The notes beneath the pieces were generated by a model. It was not told the DNA's origin. It ran no database searches and saw nothing but the letters and a program-made list of their open reading frames with translations. Both the position numbers and the translations under genes were made by a program. Below are positions 9,523 through 18,862 of a stretch of 64,000 nt of DNA, piece by piece (within the stretch, counting starts at the first letter, position 1; the number at the start of each line of letters is the position of its first letter). The stretch covers positions 224,001 through 288,000 of the forward strand of contig CAXXMU010000005.1 of assembly GCA_963667785.2 (NCBI GenBank), read 5' to 3'. The stretch comes from Alphaproteobacteria bacterium. Lineage in GTDB: Bacteria > Pseudomonadota > Alphaproteobacteria > UBA828.

Positions 9523-10761
9523 TCAAGGGCTGCCGCGGTCGCGCGGGCCGGCGTGCGCGGCGATCCAGTCCGCGAGCCGGCGCCAGAGCAGGCGCTTGGC
9601 GCGCGGGCTGGCCATCATCCCGATATGGCCGAGCGGCGGCCGCCAGGTGTCGACCGCAGGCAGGGCCGCGCTCAGCGCCGCCGCCGATGCCGGCGGGACG
9701 ATGCGGTCGCGCGCCGGCACGACGTTGAGCGCCGGCGTGGTTACGCGCTCGGGCCGGACCGCCTCGCCCCCCACCCGCCAGAGGCCGCGCCCAGGCGCGT
9801 TCGCACCGTACCAGTCCGCGAGGCAGGCCTCGGCAACGGGTGCGGTGAGCGGCACGACGTCGTTCAGCCAGTCCTCCAGCGCGACGAAATTGCGCGCGGC
9901 TGCGGAGGCGGGCGCAAGCGCGGCGAAGGCCGAGAACTTGCGGGCTGCGAGCAGCGGATCGAGCCCGGCGAACATCGCCTGCAGGGCGTCGGCCGGAAGC
10001 TCGCCTGCGGACTCGGTCAGCGCCAAGAGCCCCGGCGCACAGGCGGCGACGAGGCGCGCCTGGTGGCCGCCGTCCGCGTGAAAGTCCCAGGGGGTTGCCA
10101 GCAGCACCAGCGCCGCCACCTCCGGGCGGGCGGCGAGCGGCAGCGCCATCGTTCCCCCCATGCAGTAGCCCGCCAGCGCGAGCGGCCGGCCCGCGTCCCG
10201 GTGCACGGCCTCCAGCGCCGGCGCGAGCCGGCCCGTGATGTAGTCGTCGAGCGTGAACGCCCGCTCGTCCGCGCCCGGCACGCCCCAGTCGAGCAGGTAG
10301 GGGCGCAGGCCGCATTCGCGCAGGTAGCGGGCGAAGCTGCGGCGTGCCGTGAGGTCGAGGATGTAGGCGCGGTTGATGAGCGAGGGCACGAGCAGCACCG
10401 GCGCGCCCGCGGGCTCCCCGCCGAAGGCCAGCACCCGCGTCGTCCCCGCCTGCCACAGCACCGGCGGGTCGGCGAGGCGGCGCCGGTAGGGATGCGCCCG
10501 GTAACCCTCGATGCCGTCGAGGAAGAGGCCGATGCGCCGGGCCGCGTGCGCGCCGAGCGCACGCGCGAGCGCCTCAGGATCGGCGCGGGCGAGCGGCTGC
10601 CGCAGGGCCGCCGCCTCCGCTTCTGCCGCGTGCTTCCAACGCAGCGATCCGCTCCGCGCAGGCGGCAAGGCGGCGAGCGAGCTCAGCCAGCCGCCGAGCG
10701 CCATCGCCAGATGAAGCTGCAGCGGCCTGGGGCCCGTGCGCGGCGGCGCCGGGTCCGGCAT
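9523..10761 (-). CDS. PhaC-like alpha/beta hydrolase (short PHA synthase, class III/IV-like)
   Basis: VPSLINRAYILDL, DWG, lipase box GYCMGG, TPWDF, Asp in RDRIVP, His in GHIGMM. Confidence 0.85.
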   Translation of the reverse strand: MPDPAPPRTGPRPLQLHLAMALGGWLSSLAALPPARSGSLRWKHAAEAEAAALRQPLARADPEALARALGAHAARRIGLFLDGIEGYRAHPYRRRLADPPVLWQAGTTRVLAFGGEPAGAPVLLVPSLINRAYILDLTARRSFARYLRECGLRPYLLDWGVPGADERAFTLDDYITGRLAPALEAVHRDAGRPLALAGYCMGGTMALPLAARPEVAALVLLATPWDFHADGGHQARLVAACAPGLLALTESAGELPADALQAMFAGLDPLLAARKFSAFAALAPASAAARNFVALEDWLNDVVPLTAPVAEACLADWYGANAPGRGLWRVGGEAVRPERVTTPALNVVPARDRIVPPASAAALSAALPAVDTWRPPLGHIGMMASPRAKRLLWRRLADWIAAHAGPRDRGSP

Positions 10762-10945
10762 TCAGGCTGCCGTCCGCGCGCGCGCCGGCCATCGCTCCGA
10801 GGTGCAGGGCGGCGAGCCTGGAGGCGAGCGGGCCGGGGCCTTCCTCCCGCCCGGTGCCGGCGACCTCCTCCTGCCAGAGGTCGAGAAAGCGGCGGGCGAG
10901 CGTGGCCGGATCGTCGTCATCGCTCGCGCTCCCTGCCCCGCTCAT
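10574..10945 (-). CDS. Small hypothetical protein (coiled-coil C-terminus; possible PhaE-like partner), overlapping the PhaC-like gene
   Basis: ATG at 10945; LARRFLDLWQEE N-terminal helix and LAELARRLAACAERIAALE heptad helix. Confidence 0.6.
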   Translation of the reverse strand: MSGAGSASDDDDPATLARRFLDLWQEEVAGTGREEGPGPLASRLAALHLGAMAGARADGSLNAGPGAAAHGPQAAAASSGDGARRLAELARRLAACAERIAALEARGRSGGGGPAAAARPRRS

Positions 10946-11053
10946 GGCCGCAGTATAGCCGATGCGGCAGGGTCGGGGCGGCGCCGCGTCCTCCCGCCGC
11001 CGGGCGCGGGCTGCGTCGTTGACACCCCCGGCCGTGCGTCCCATGCTCGGGCC

Positions 11054-11578
11054 ATGACCATCGAGCAGAAGATCGAGGCCGCGGGCCTCACGCTGCCCCG
11101 GCTGGAGGACAGCTACAGCAACAACCCCGCGGGCGCGAAGTACGTCTCGCACCACGCGCTGGGGCGCGTGCTCTACCTCTCGGGCTGCACGCCGGCCAAG
11201 GACGGCAAGCCCTACATGACCGGCGTCCTCGGCGTCGACCGCACCATCGAGGAAGGCTACGAGGCCGCGCGCCAGTGCATGCTCTGCTACCTCGGCATGA
11301 TCAAGTACGCGCTGGGCGATCTCGACCGGATGCACCGCATGCTGCATCTGGTGGGCTACGTGAACTCGGGCCCCGACTTCACCGACCAGCCGCGCGTCAT
11401 CAACGGCGCCGTCGACCTCCTGGTCGAGCTCTACGGCCGCCGCCTGATGCCCACGCGCGCGGCCATCGGCTGCCGCGGGCTCGCGGTCGACCACTCGGTC
11501 GAGCTGATCGCCACGGTGGAATTCGACGGCGGCAGCGTGGCGCCTGCGCTCGGCCGCGACGGGACGGTGCTGGACTGA
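11054..11578 (+). CDS. RidA/YjgF/YER057c/UK114 family protein
   Basis: LYLSG, FTDQPRVINGAVDLLVELYG, PTRAAIG (conserved Arg), VELIATVE. Confidence 0.85.
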   Translation: MTIEQKIEAAGLTLPRLEDSYSNNPAGAKYVSHHALGRVLYLSGCTPAKDGKPYMTGVLGVDRTIEEGYEAARQCMLCYLGMIKYALGDLDRMHRMLHLVGYVNSGPDFTDQPRVINGAVDLLVELYGRRLMPTRAAIGCRGLAVDHSVELIATVEFDGGSVAPALGRDGTVLD

Positions 11579-11615
11579 GCGGCGCCCCCGCCGCCCCGAC
11601 GAGAGACCCCGAGCC

Positions 11616-12605
11616 ATGAAAGCGGTGCTCTGCAGGGCCTTCGGCCCGCCGGAAACCCTTGCGGTCGAGACCGTGGATCCGCCTGCGCCCGGCCCCGGCG
11701 AGGTGTGCATCGCGGTGGCGGCGGTCGGCGTGAACTTTCCCGACCTCCTGCTGATCGAGGGCAAGTACCAGATCAGGCCGCCGTTCCCCTTCAGCCCCGG
11801 CCTCGAGTGCGCCGGCGTCGTCGCCGAGTGTGGCCCGGGGGTGGATGGGCCCGCGCCCGGCACCCGCGTCATGGCCTTCCTCTCCCACGGCGGCATGGCC
11901 GAGCAGGTGGTGGTGCCGGCGACCTGCGTCTTCCCGATCCCCGATGCCATGCAGTTCGACACCGCCGCCGCCTTCCCCGTGGTCTACGGCACCAGCTACC
12001 ACGCGCTGGCGAGCAGGGGGGCGCTGGCCCGGGGCGAGACGCTGCTGGTGCTCGGCGCCTCCGGCGGCGTCGGGCTCTCTGCGGTGGAGATCGGCAAGCG
12101 CCTCGGGGCAACGGTCATCGCCGCTGCCGGCAGCGACGAGAAGCTCGCGCTCGCCGCCCGGCACGGCGCCGACCATCTCGTCAACTACCGGAGCGGGGAC
12201 CTGCGGGAGCGGGTGAAGGCGCTGACCGACGGGCGCGGCGCCGACGTGATCTACGACCCGGTCGGCGGCGACATCTTCGACGCGTCGATGCGCTGCATCG
12301 CCTGGAACGGCCGGCTGCTGGTGGTCGGCTTCGCCTCCGGCCGCATCGCCGAGGCCAGGACCAACATCATCCTGCTCAAGGAGATCAGCGTCGTTGGCGT
12401 CGCCTGGGGGGCCTTCGCCCACCGGGATTCCGCCGCCAACCGCGCCAATTTCGCGGAGCTCCTGCGCTGGTACGAGGCCGGCGCGCTGCAGCCGCTGATC
12501 TCCCGCCGCCTGCCGCTGGCAGACGCGCCGGCGGCGCTGGAGGCGTTCCAGAGCCGCAGCGTGGTCGGCAAGCAAGTGCTGACGGTGGCGCAGCCCGGCG
12601 GCTGA
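11616..12605 (+). CDS. NADPH:quinone oxidoreductase family protein (MDR)
   Basis: VNFPDLL..GKYQ, PFSPGLE, LVLGASGGVG, YDPVGG, GFASG. Confidence 0.92.
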   Translation: MKAVLCRAFGPPETLAVETVDPPAPGPGEVCIAVAAVGVNFPDLLLIEGKYQIRPPFPFSPGLECAGVVAECGPGVDGPAPGTRVMAFLSHGGMAEQVVVPATCVFPIPDAMQFDTAAAFPVVYGTSYHALASRGALARGETLLVLGASGGVGLSAVEIGKRLGATVIAAAGSDEKLALAARHGADHLVNYRSGDLRERVKALTDGRGADVIYDPVGGDIFDASMRCIAWNGRLLVVGFASGRIAEARTNIILLKEISVVGVAWGAFAHRDSAANRANFAELLRWYEAGALQPLISRRLPLADAPAALEAFQSRSVVGKQVLTVAQPGG

Positions 12606-12719
12606 GCGCCTCAGGCCGCGTGCCCGCGCGGCTCCTTTACCGTTGGCACGCGATTTTCTACCTTGGGTCAGCGCCGCGCGCTCGCGGTGCGGCGGGCGAC
12701 AGGACGGCTGAGACGGGAC

Positions 12720-13790
12720 GTGGCAGGGAAGAGGGTCCAAGGCAGCGACGGGCCGCTCGTGGACGATCCCGTCGTCGGCCACCCGGTCCGCGCCGGCGGC
12801 TGGGCGGACCACGCCGCCTCGTCCTACGCGCTCGCGGCGGCGGCCATCGACGAGGAACGCTTCGCCGATGCCGCGGCGCTGGCCCGTCACACGGTCGAGG
12901 AAGCGCGCGAGGGCTACGAGCTCTACGCGCTCTGGGTCGACCAGATCAGGGAGACGCTCGCCGCCGAGGGCGCGGACCAAGCCGGGGTCGCCGCCGGCGA
13001 GGCGCGGCTCGATGCGCTGCTCGCCGGCGAGGACGGCGCTCCCTTCGACATCCACGCGGGCTGGGCCGCCTATGTGGCCGCGATCGACGAGGTCGAGGCA
13101 GCCTGCGACGCCGGCGACGGGCGCGCGGCCCGCGCCGGGCTGGAGCGCGCGCGCCTCCTCTGGCTCGAGACCCACGACCGGGGCTGCGACCGGGTCTACG
13201 GCATGCTCGACCTCGTCGTCCGCCTTCTCGGCGAGCGCCGCATCGGCCCGCTCTGGGACGAGCTCATGGCGCCGATGTACGAGACCTACGACGTCTACGA
13301 CACCGCTACGCATCCCTGGCCGCGCTCGCTGCACCGGCTGATCGTCATCGCCGCGCTCTCGCTACGCGGCCATCTGAGCGGGCCTGGGCGCACGGGCGCG
13401 GTCGAGATCGCGGAGGAGGCCGATCGCTGGGTGCTGAGCTTCGATCCCTGCGGCTCCGGCGGGCGCACCTACCGCGAGGACGACGCGCACACGCCCCGCA
13501 TGCTGCCGCCCTACGGCTTCGCCGTGACCACCGAGGCGCATGACTGGGCCTGGGGCAAGAAGGGTATCTGCGTCTACTGCGTGCACTGCTGCCAGCTCAA
13601 CCAGCGCATGCCGATCCGCCGCTTCGGCTATCCGACGCGGGTGATCGACCCGCCGACCTGGCCGGCGGCGCGGGCGGGCGGCGTCTGCCGCTGGTCGATC
13701 TACAAGGACCCGTCGCTGGTGCCGGAGGAGGCCTATACCAGCGTCGGCCATGCGAAGCCGGCGGCGGCTGGCGCGGGGCTCAGCCCATGA
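12720..13790 (+). CDS. Hypothetical Cys/His-rich protein
   Basis: Long ORF with normal GC-rich codon pattern; motifs HDRGCD, FDPCGSGGR, CVYCVHCC, CRWSIYKDP. Stop overlaps the next ATG (ATGA). Start uncertain (12663, 12720 or 12759). Confidence 0.8.
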   Translation: MAGKRVQGSDGPLVDDPVVGHPVRAGGWADHAASSYALAAAAIDEERFADAAALARHTVEEAREGYELYALWVDQIRETLAAEGADQAGVAAGEARLDALLAGEDGAPFDIHAGWAAYVAAIDEVEAACDAGDGRAARAGLERARLLWLETHDRGCDRVYGMLDLVVRLLGERRIGPLWDELMAPMYETYDVYDTATHPWPRSLHRLIVIAALSLRGHLSGPGRTGAVEIAEEADRWVLSFDPCGSGGRTYREDDAHTPRMLPPYGFAVTTEAHDWAWGKKGICVYCVHCCQLNQRMPIRRFGYPTRVIDPPTWPAARAGGVCRWSIYKDPSLVPEEAYTSVGHAKPAAAGAGLSP

Positions 13791-15145
13791 GCGGCGCCGG
13801 CGCGGACGGGCTCGCGGCGGTGCGCGAGCGGATGCGGGCGGACGGCGTGCGCTTCGTGCAGGTCGAGGTGCCCGAGCTCGACGGCGGGCTGCGCGGCAAG
13901 CTGCTCGCGCTCGACAAGGGCCTTTCCGGCGAGGTCGGCTGGTCCAACATCCTCTACGGGCTGACCACAGCGGACGATGTCTATCTCTCGCCCTTCTCGT
14001 CCTACGAGAACGGGTTTGCGGACATCTACGGCCGCCCCGACCCGGATACGGTGCGCCGCCTGCCGTGGCGCAGGGATACCGCCGCGGCGATCCTCGACAT
14101 GCACGACGCCGACGGCACCATGACGCCCGAATGCCCACGCACGGCGCTCAGGCGCGCCGCCGAGAAGGCGGCGGTCATGGGCTTCGAGCCGCGCTTCGCG
14201 CTCGAGTACGAGTGCTTCCTCTACCATGCGGACGAGGATGCCGGCGCGCCCTCGCCGGCCGCGCTCACGCCGGTCTCGCGCGGGCGCAACGCCTACAGCC
14301 TGGTCCGCCTGCCGGCGCTCCGCGCGGTCTTCGAAACGCTGATGCAGCGCATGGAGGATGCGGGCGCGCCGCTGGTCTCCGCCCATACCGAGCTCGGCCA
14401 CGGCGCCATCGAGTTCGCGCTGGCGCATGCGCCCGCGCTCGCCGCCGCCGACGGTGCCATGCGCGCCAAGACCTACCTGAAGGAGCTCTGCGCCGAGCGC
14501 GGCATGATCGCGACCTTCATGGCGAAGCTCGACGCCGCCCAGCCCGGCTCCGGGGCGCATGTGCACCAGAGCCTGTGGCGGGACGGCGAGAACGTCTTCT
14601 GGGACGGTGCCGGCGTGAGCGAGACGGCCAGGCAGTACGCCGCAGGCCAGCTCGAGCATCTGCCGTCGTTGGCGGCGCTCTGCATGCCCACCGTCAACGC
14701 CTACCGGCGGCGCGGCTGGGAGCACTGGGTGCCCGAGAACGCCTCCTGGGGCGAGGACAACCGCAGCGCGGCGCTCAGGCTCATCACCCGGCCGCGACCG
14801 GGGGGCGTGCGCTTCGAGAACCGGCTGCCGGGCGCCGATTCCAACGCCTATCTCACCATCGCCGGCATGCTGGCCGCCGGCCTCGACGGCATCGAGCGCC
14901 GCCTCGCGCCGCCGCCGCTCAGCACCGGCAACGCGGCGCTCGACGAGCGGTACACGCGGCTGCCCGCCTCGCTGGAAGAGGCGGTCGAGGTCTTCCAGGC
15001 CTCCGCCTTCCTGCGCGGCATCTTCGGCGATCGCTTCGTCGATCACTATGCGCTGTCGCGCCGGGCGGAGCTCGACCTCTGGCAGGGCTGGCTGCGCAGC
15101 CATGTCAGCGCCTGGGAGTACGAGCGCTATTTCGAGACCATCTGA
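13787..15145 (+). CDS. Glutamine synthetase family protein (gamma-glutamyl ligase, PuuA-like)
   Basis: LRGK, ALEYECFL, HTELGHGAIE, TFMAK, GSGAHVHQSLW, WGEDNRSAALR, RFENRLPGADSNAYL. Confidence 0.92.
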   Translation: MSGAGADGLAAVRERMRADGVRFVQVEVPELDGGLRGKLLALDKGLSGEVGWSNILYGLTTADDVYLSPFSSYENGFADIYGRPDPDTVRRLPWRRDTAAAILDMHDADGTMTPECPRTALRRAAEKAAVMGFEPRFALEYECFLYHADEDAGAPSPAALTPVSRGRNAYSLVRLPALRAVFETLMQRMEDAGAPLVSAHTELGHGAIEFALAHAPALAAADGAMRAKTYLKELCAERGMIATFMAKLDAAQPGSGAHVHQSLWRDGENVFWDGAGVSETARQYAAGQLEHLPSLAALCMPTVNAYRRRGWEHWVPENASWGEDNRSAALRLITRPRPGGVRFENRLPGADSNAYLTIAGMLAAGLDGIERRLAPPPLSTGNAALDERYTRLPASLEEAVEVFQASAFLRGIFGDRFVDHYALSRRAELDLWQGWLRSHVSAWEYERYFETI

Positions 15146-15253
15146 GCGGCGGGGCGGCGTGCGGCTTTGCTCGCGCGAGCTCTGCCCCCATATTGGCTGG
15201 AATTGGAGGCGTGGCAGCCGCCGCGCCGGCTCCTGCATGACAAAGGAGGACGA

Positions 15254-15442
15254 ATGACGGACCAGGACACGATCGCGCAGCGTCTGGAGGCGCTGCGCAG
15301 CGAACATCAGACTCTCGACGCGGAAATCGCCGCGCTCGCGGGCCGCGGCGACAATCTCGAGATACAGGGGCTCAAGCGCCAGAAGCTCCGCCTCAAGGAC
15401 GAGATCGCGCGGCTGGAGAGCGAGAGCGCGGCCGCCGGCTAG
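15254..15442 (+). CDS. DUF465/YdcH family small protein
   Basis: SD AAGGAGG then ATG 15254; RLEALRSEHQTLDAEI...LKRQKLRLKDEIARLE signature. Confidence 0.85.
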   Translation: MTDQDTIAQRLEALRSEHQTLDAEIAALAGRGDNLEIQGLKRQKLRLKDEIARLESESAAAG

Positions 15443-15532
15443 CAGGGGTTTCTCGGCGGACGCATCGGGCGGGCGGCGATAGCTGGAAAGAGCGAAGTCG
15501 GATCGCTCAGGCGCAACTCATTATTATCTCAC

Positions 15533-15557
15533 AATAAATCGGCGGTGCTCGCCGATT
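15533..15557 (-). terminator. Probable intrinsic terminator between convergent genes
   Basis: AATCGGCG-N5-CGCCGATT hairpin followed by TTTATT on the minus strand. Confidence 0.55.
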
Positions 15558-15580
15558 CAGCCGCCGCGCGTGGCCAAGCT

Positions 15581-16441
15581 TCAGCCCGTCGGCTTCACCC
15601 CCGTTCCGATCCGCACGTGGACGGCGAGCGGGATCTCGTCGCCGTCGCGCAGGCGCTCGAAGCCCGCCGCCACCGCCGCCTCCAGGGCACGGCGCTCGTG
15701 CTCCGTGGCGCCGTCGAGCGCGCGGCCGAAGGTCATCTCGAACTGGGCTTGCCAGAAGGGCGCTGCGGCCGGCACCCGGGGGGCGAAGCGCACCTCGCTC
15801 TCTTCCACCTGCGCGAGCCCGCCGCCGGCCAGCGCGGCGCCGAGCGCGCCGGGCGCACCGAGCGAGAAGGGGCGCGCGAGGTCGATCGCCTCCACGCCAT
15901 CGAGGGGGCCGAACACCGCCTCCGCGGCGGCGACGAAGACGGTGAACATGGTCGTCTCGTCGCGCGGACCCCAGACGAGATAGGCCGCCCGCCCGCAGGG
16001 CTTCAGCACGCGCGCGGCCTCGGCGCAGGCGCGGGCCGGTGCCGGGCAGAACATCAGGCCGAAGCGGCAGATCACCCGGTCGAACGCGGCGTCCGCATCG
16101 GGGAGCGCCAGCATGTCGGCGGTCCGGAAGGTGATGTTGCTGAGGCCCCGGGCGGCGGCGCGCCGGCGGGCGCCCAGCATCATCTCCGGGCAGAGATCAG
16201 TGGCGAAGACGCGACCCTCCGCTCCCACCAGCTCGGCGACGGTGAGCGCCGGCTCGCCGGCGCCGGTGGCGATGTCGCAGACCCGCTGGCCCGGCCCGAT
16301 CGCCGCCGCCTCGATGAGCGGCGCGTTCATGCGCGCCGCCTGCTCGGCGAGCTCGTCCGACCGCCGGTCCCAGTGGCGGCCGCGCGCGGCCCAGTCCGCC
16401 CGCACGAGCTCGGTCTCCTGCCTGATGCTGTCAGCGTCCAT
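15581..16441 (-). CDS. Class I SAM-dependent methyltransferase (UbiE-like)
   Basis: VCDIATGAGEP motif I, FDRVICRFGLMF, RVLKPCG. Confidence 0.88.
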   Translation of the reverse strand: MDADSIRQETELVRADWAARGRHWDRRSDELAEQAARMNAPLIEAAAIGPGQRVCDIATGAGEPALTVAELVGAEGRVFATDLCPEMMLGARRRAAARGLSNITFRTADMLALPDADAAFDRVICRFGLMFCPAPARACAEAARVLKPCGRAAYLVWGPRDETTMFTVFVAAAEAVFGPLDGVEAIDLARPFSLGAPGALGAALAGGGLAQVEESEVRFAPRVPAAAPFWQAQFEMTFGRALDGATEHERRALEAAVAAGFERLRDGDEIPLAVHVRIGTGVKPTG

Positions 16442-16493
16442 GGCCGCGCACTCTCCCACCCGCGGCGCGCCTGTCAAGGCCGCCCCGTCTCCG

Positions 16494-18032
16494 TCAGAGA
16501 AACTGTACGGCGAGAAGGGCCGCGAGCAGGCCGGCGATGAGCGCCAGCAGGGCCGGCAGCGCGCCGCCGCCCCGCCGGCGGCCGGCCATCGCCTCCAGGG
16601 TTGAGGGAGAAAGGGCGACCCCCTCCTCCAGCCCGTCCAGCACCCGCTCGGCGCGGGCGGCCAGCCGCGGCAGGCGGCCGGCGGCCTCGAAGAACTCGGT
16701 CGCCGCATCCCTGAGCCGCGCCTCCACGCCGAGGTTCTCCCGCGCCCAGCGCTCGATCAGCGGCTGGGTGAAGACCCACATGTTCTGGTCGGGCGTGAGA
16801 CGCCGGGTCAGCCCCTCGGCCATGAGCATGGTCTTCTGCAGCAGCAGCAATTGCGGCTGGGTCTCCATCTCGAAGGCCTCGGTGATCTGGAAGAGCTGGC
16901 CGAGAAGCTGGGCGATCGATATCTCGTTGAGCGGACGGCCCAGGATCGGCTCGCCGATGGAGCGGAGCGCCTGGACGAACGCCGCCTTCGAGGTCCGCCG
17001 GGGCACGTAGCCGGCCTCGAGATGGACCTCGGCCACCCGCTCGTAGTCGCCGATCAGGAAGCCCAGAAGCATCTCGGCGAGATAGCGCCGGGTCTGGGTG
17101 TCGAGCCGGCCCATGATCCCGAAGTCGACGGCGACGACGTTGCCGTCAGCGTCCACCAGCAGGTTGCCGGGATGCAGGTCGGCGTGGAAGAAGCCGTCGC
17201 GGAAGACCTGGTTGAAGAATGCCTCGGCCGCCTTGCCCAGCACCGCGTGGGGGTCGTGGCCCGCGGCCACCAGGGCCTCGCGCTCGTCGATGGGGATGCC
17301 CTCGACCCGCTCCAGCGTGAGCACGCGGCGGCTGGTGCGCCGCCAGTCGACCGCCGGCACCAGGAAGCCCGGATCCTCGGCGAAGTTCTGCCGCAGCTCC
17401 GAGGCCGCGGCCGCCTCGAAGCGGAGGTCCATCTCGACCATCACGCTCTGGGCAAAGGTGCGGATCACCTCCACCGGGCGCAGTCGGCGCCAGGAAGGGA
17501 GCGTCCGCTCCGCCAGCTCCGCCAGCCAGTAGAAGAGCTCGAGATCGCGCTCGAGTGCGCGCTCGACTCCGGGCCTGAGGATCTTGACCGCGACCGGCTC
17601 GCCCGCAGCCGTGACGGCAAAGTGCACCTGGGCGATGGATGCGGCGGCGACCGGCTCGTCGGTGAACTCGCGGAAGAGAGTCTCCAGGGGCACGCCGAAC
17701 TCGGCTTCGACGATGGCCCGCGCAGCTCTCCCCTCGAAGGGCGGCAGGCGGTCCTGCAGGGCGGACAGCGCGGCCGCGATCTCCTCGCCCACCAGGTCCG
17801 GCCGGGTGGACAGCGCCTGGCCGAACTTGATGAAGCTCGGCCCCAGCACCTGCAGCGCACCGGCGAGCCGCTGCCCCGGCGAGCCCAGCCTCCGCTTGCG
17901 CGGCGCCATGCCGGCGAGAAAGGTGACCGGCGGCACGAGGCCGTAGTCCCGCAGCAGGAAGAGCGCGTCCCAGCGCCCCAGAGTCCAGGCGATGCGCAGC
18001 AGCCGCCCGATGTTTCTGAGCGCCCGGCGCAT
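16494..18032 (-). CDS. ubiB: Ubiquinone biosynthesis protein kinase-like UbiB
   Basis: LGPSFIKFGQALSTRPD, AAASIAQVH, VAVKILRP, FFHADLHPGN, DFGIMG. Confidence 0.96.
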   Translation of the reverse strand: MRRALRNIGRLLRIAWTLGRWDALFLLRDYGLVPPVTFLAGMAPRKRRLGSPGQRLAGALQVLGPSFIKFGQALSTRPDLVGEEIAAALSALQDRLPPFEGRAARAIVEAEFGVPLETLFREFTDEPVAAASIAQVHFAVTAAGEPVAVKILRPGVERALERDLELFYWLAELAERTLPSWRRLRPVEVIRTFAQSVMVEMDLRFEAAAASELRQNFAEDPGFLVPAVDWRRTSRRVLTLERVEGIPIDEREALVAAGHDPHAVLGKAAEAFFNQVFRDGFFHADLHPGNLLVDADGNVVAVDFGIMGRLDTQTRRYLAEMLLGFLIGDYERVAEVHLEAGYVPRRTSKAAFVQALRSIGEPILGRPLNEISIAQLLGQLFQITEAFEMETQPQLLLLQKTMLMAEGLTRRLTPDQNMWVFTQPLIERWARENLGVEARLRDAATEFFEAAGRLPRLAARAERVLDGLEEGVALSPSTLEAMAGRRRGGGALPALLALIAGLLAALLAVQFL

Positions 18033-18042
18033 GGCGGAGGTG

Positions 18043-18825
18043 CTAGACGCGCCAGCCCGAGTGGAGCGTGGCGATGCCGGCGGAAAGCGGCCGCACCCGC
18101 ACCCCGCCGAAGCCGGCGTCCTCCATCATGGCCGAGACCCGCTCGGGCGCAGGGAAGCGCCGGATGCTCTCCACGAGGTAGGCGTAGGCGTCGCGCTGGC
18201 CGGTCACCGCCGCGCCGAGCCACGGGATGACGGCGAAGGAGTAGGCCTCGTAGAGGCGCTCGAGGCCGGGCGGCGGGCGCGACGAGAACTCGAGGCAGAG
18301 AAAGCGCCCGCCGGGCCTGAGCACGCGCGCGGCCTCCGCCAGCGCCCGCTCGATGCGGGTCATGTTGCGGATGCCGAAGGCGATCGTGTAGGCGTCGACC
18401 GCGCGCGCCGGCAGCGGCAGCGCCTCGGCGTCGCCCACCAGCCAGTCGATGCCGCTGACGAGGCCGGCGTTCCAGGCGCGCTCGCGGCCCGCCTCCACCA
18501 TGCCTGCGCTTGCATCGCAGACGATTACCCGGCCCCGGCCCTCCATCGCCGCCAGCACCCTCTGCGCGACGTCGCCGGTGCCGCCGGCGACATCGAGCAC
18601 GTCCATGCCGGGGCGGGGGCTAAGCCAGGCCACCATCTCCCGCTTCCAGAGACGGTGGACGCCGCCGCTCATCAGGTCGTTCATGAGGTCGTAGCGGCCC
18701 GAGACGCGGTCGAAGAGGTCGCGGACCAGCCCCGGCTTCTCGTCCTCGCCGACGCGGCGGAAGCCGAAGTCGGTGCCGTCCGTGGCGTCGTGCTCACCGC
18801 GCGCGGAGGCCATGCAGGCGACCAT
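18043..18825 (-). CDS. ubiE: Ubiquinone/menaquinone biosynthesis C-methyltransferase
   Basis: [45 protein letters not shown]. Start may be ATG 18813. Confidence 0.96.
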   Translation of the reverse strand: MVACMASARGEHDATDGTDFGFRRVGEDEKPGLVRDLFDRVSGRYDLMNDLMSGGVHRLWKREMVAWLSPRPGMDVLDVAGGTGDVAQRVLAAMEGRGRVIVCDASAGMVEAGRERAWNAGLVSGIDWLVGDAEALPLPARAVDAYTIAFGIRNMTRIERALAEAARVLRPGGRFLCLEFSSRPPPGLERLYEAYSFAVIPWLGAAVTGQRDAYAYLVESIRRFPAPERVSAMMEDAGFGGVRVRPLSAGIATLHSGWRV

Positions 18826-18862
18826 AGCCCAGCGGCAGAAGGCGCGCTACCGTGGCCACGGC

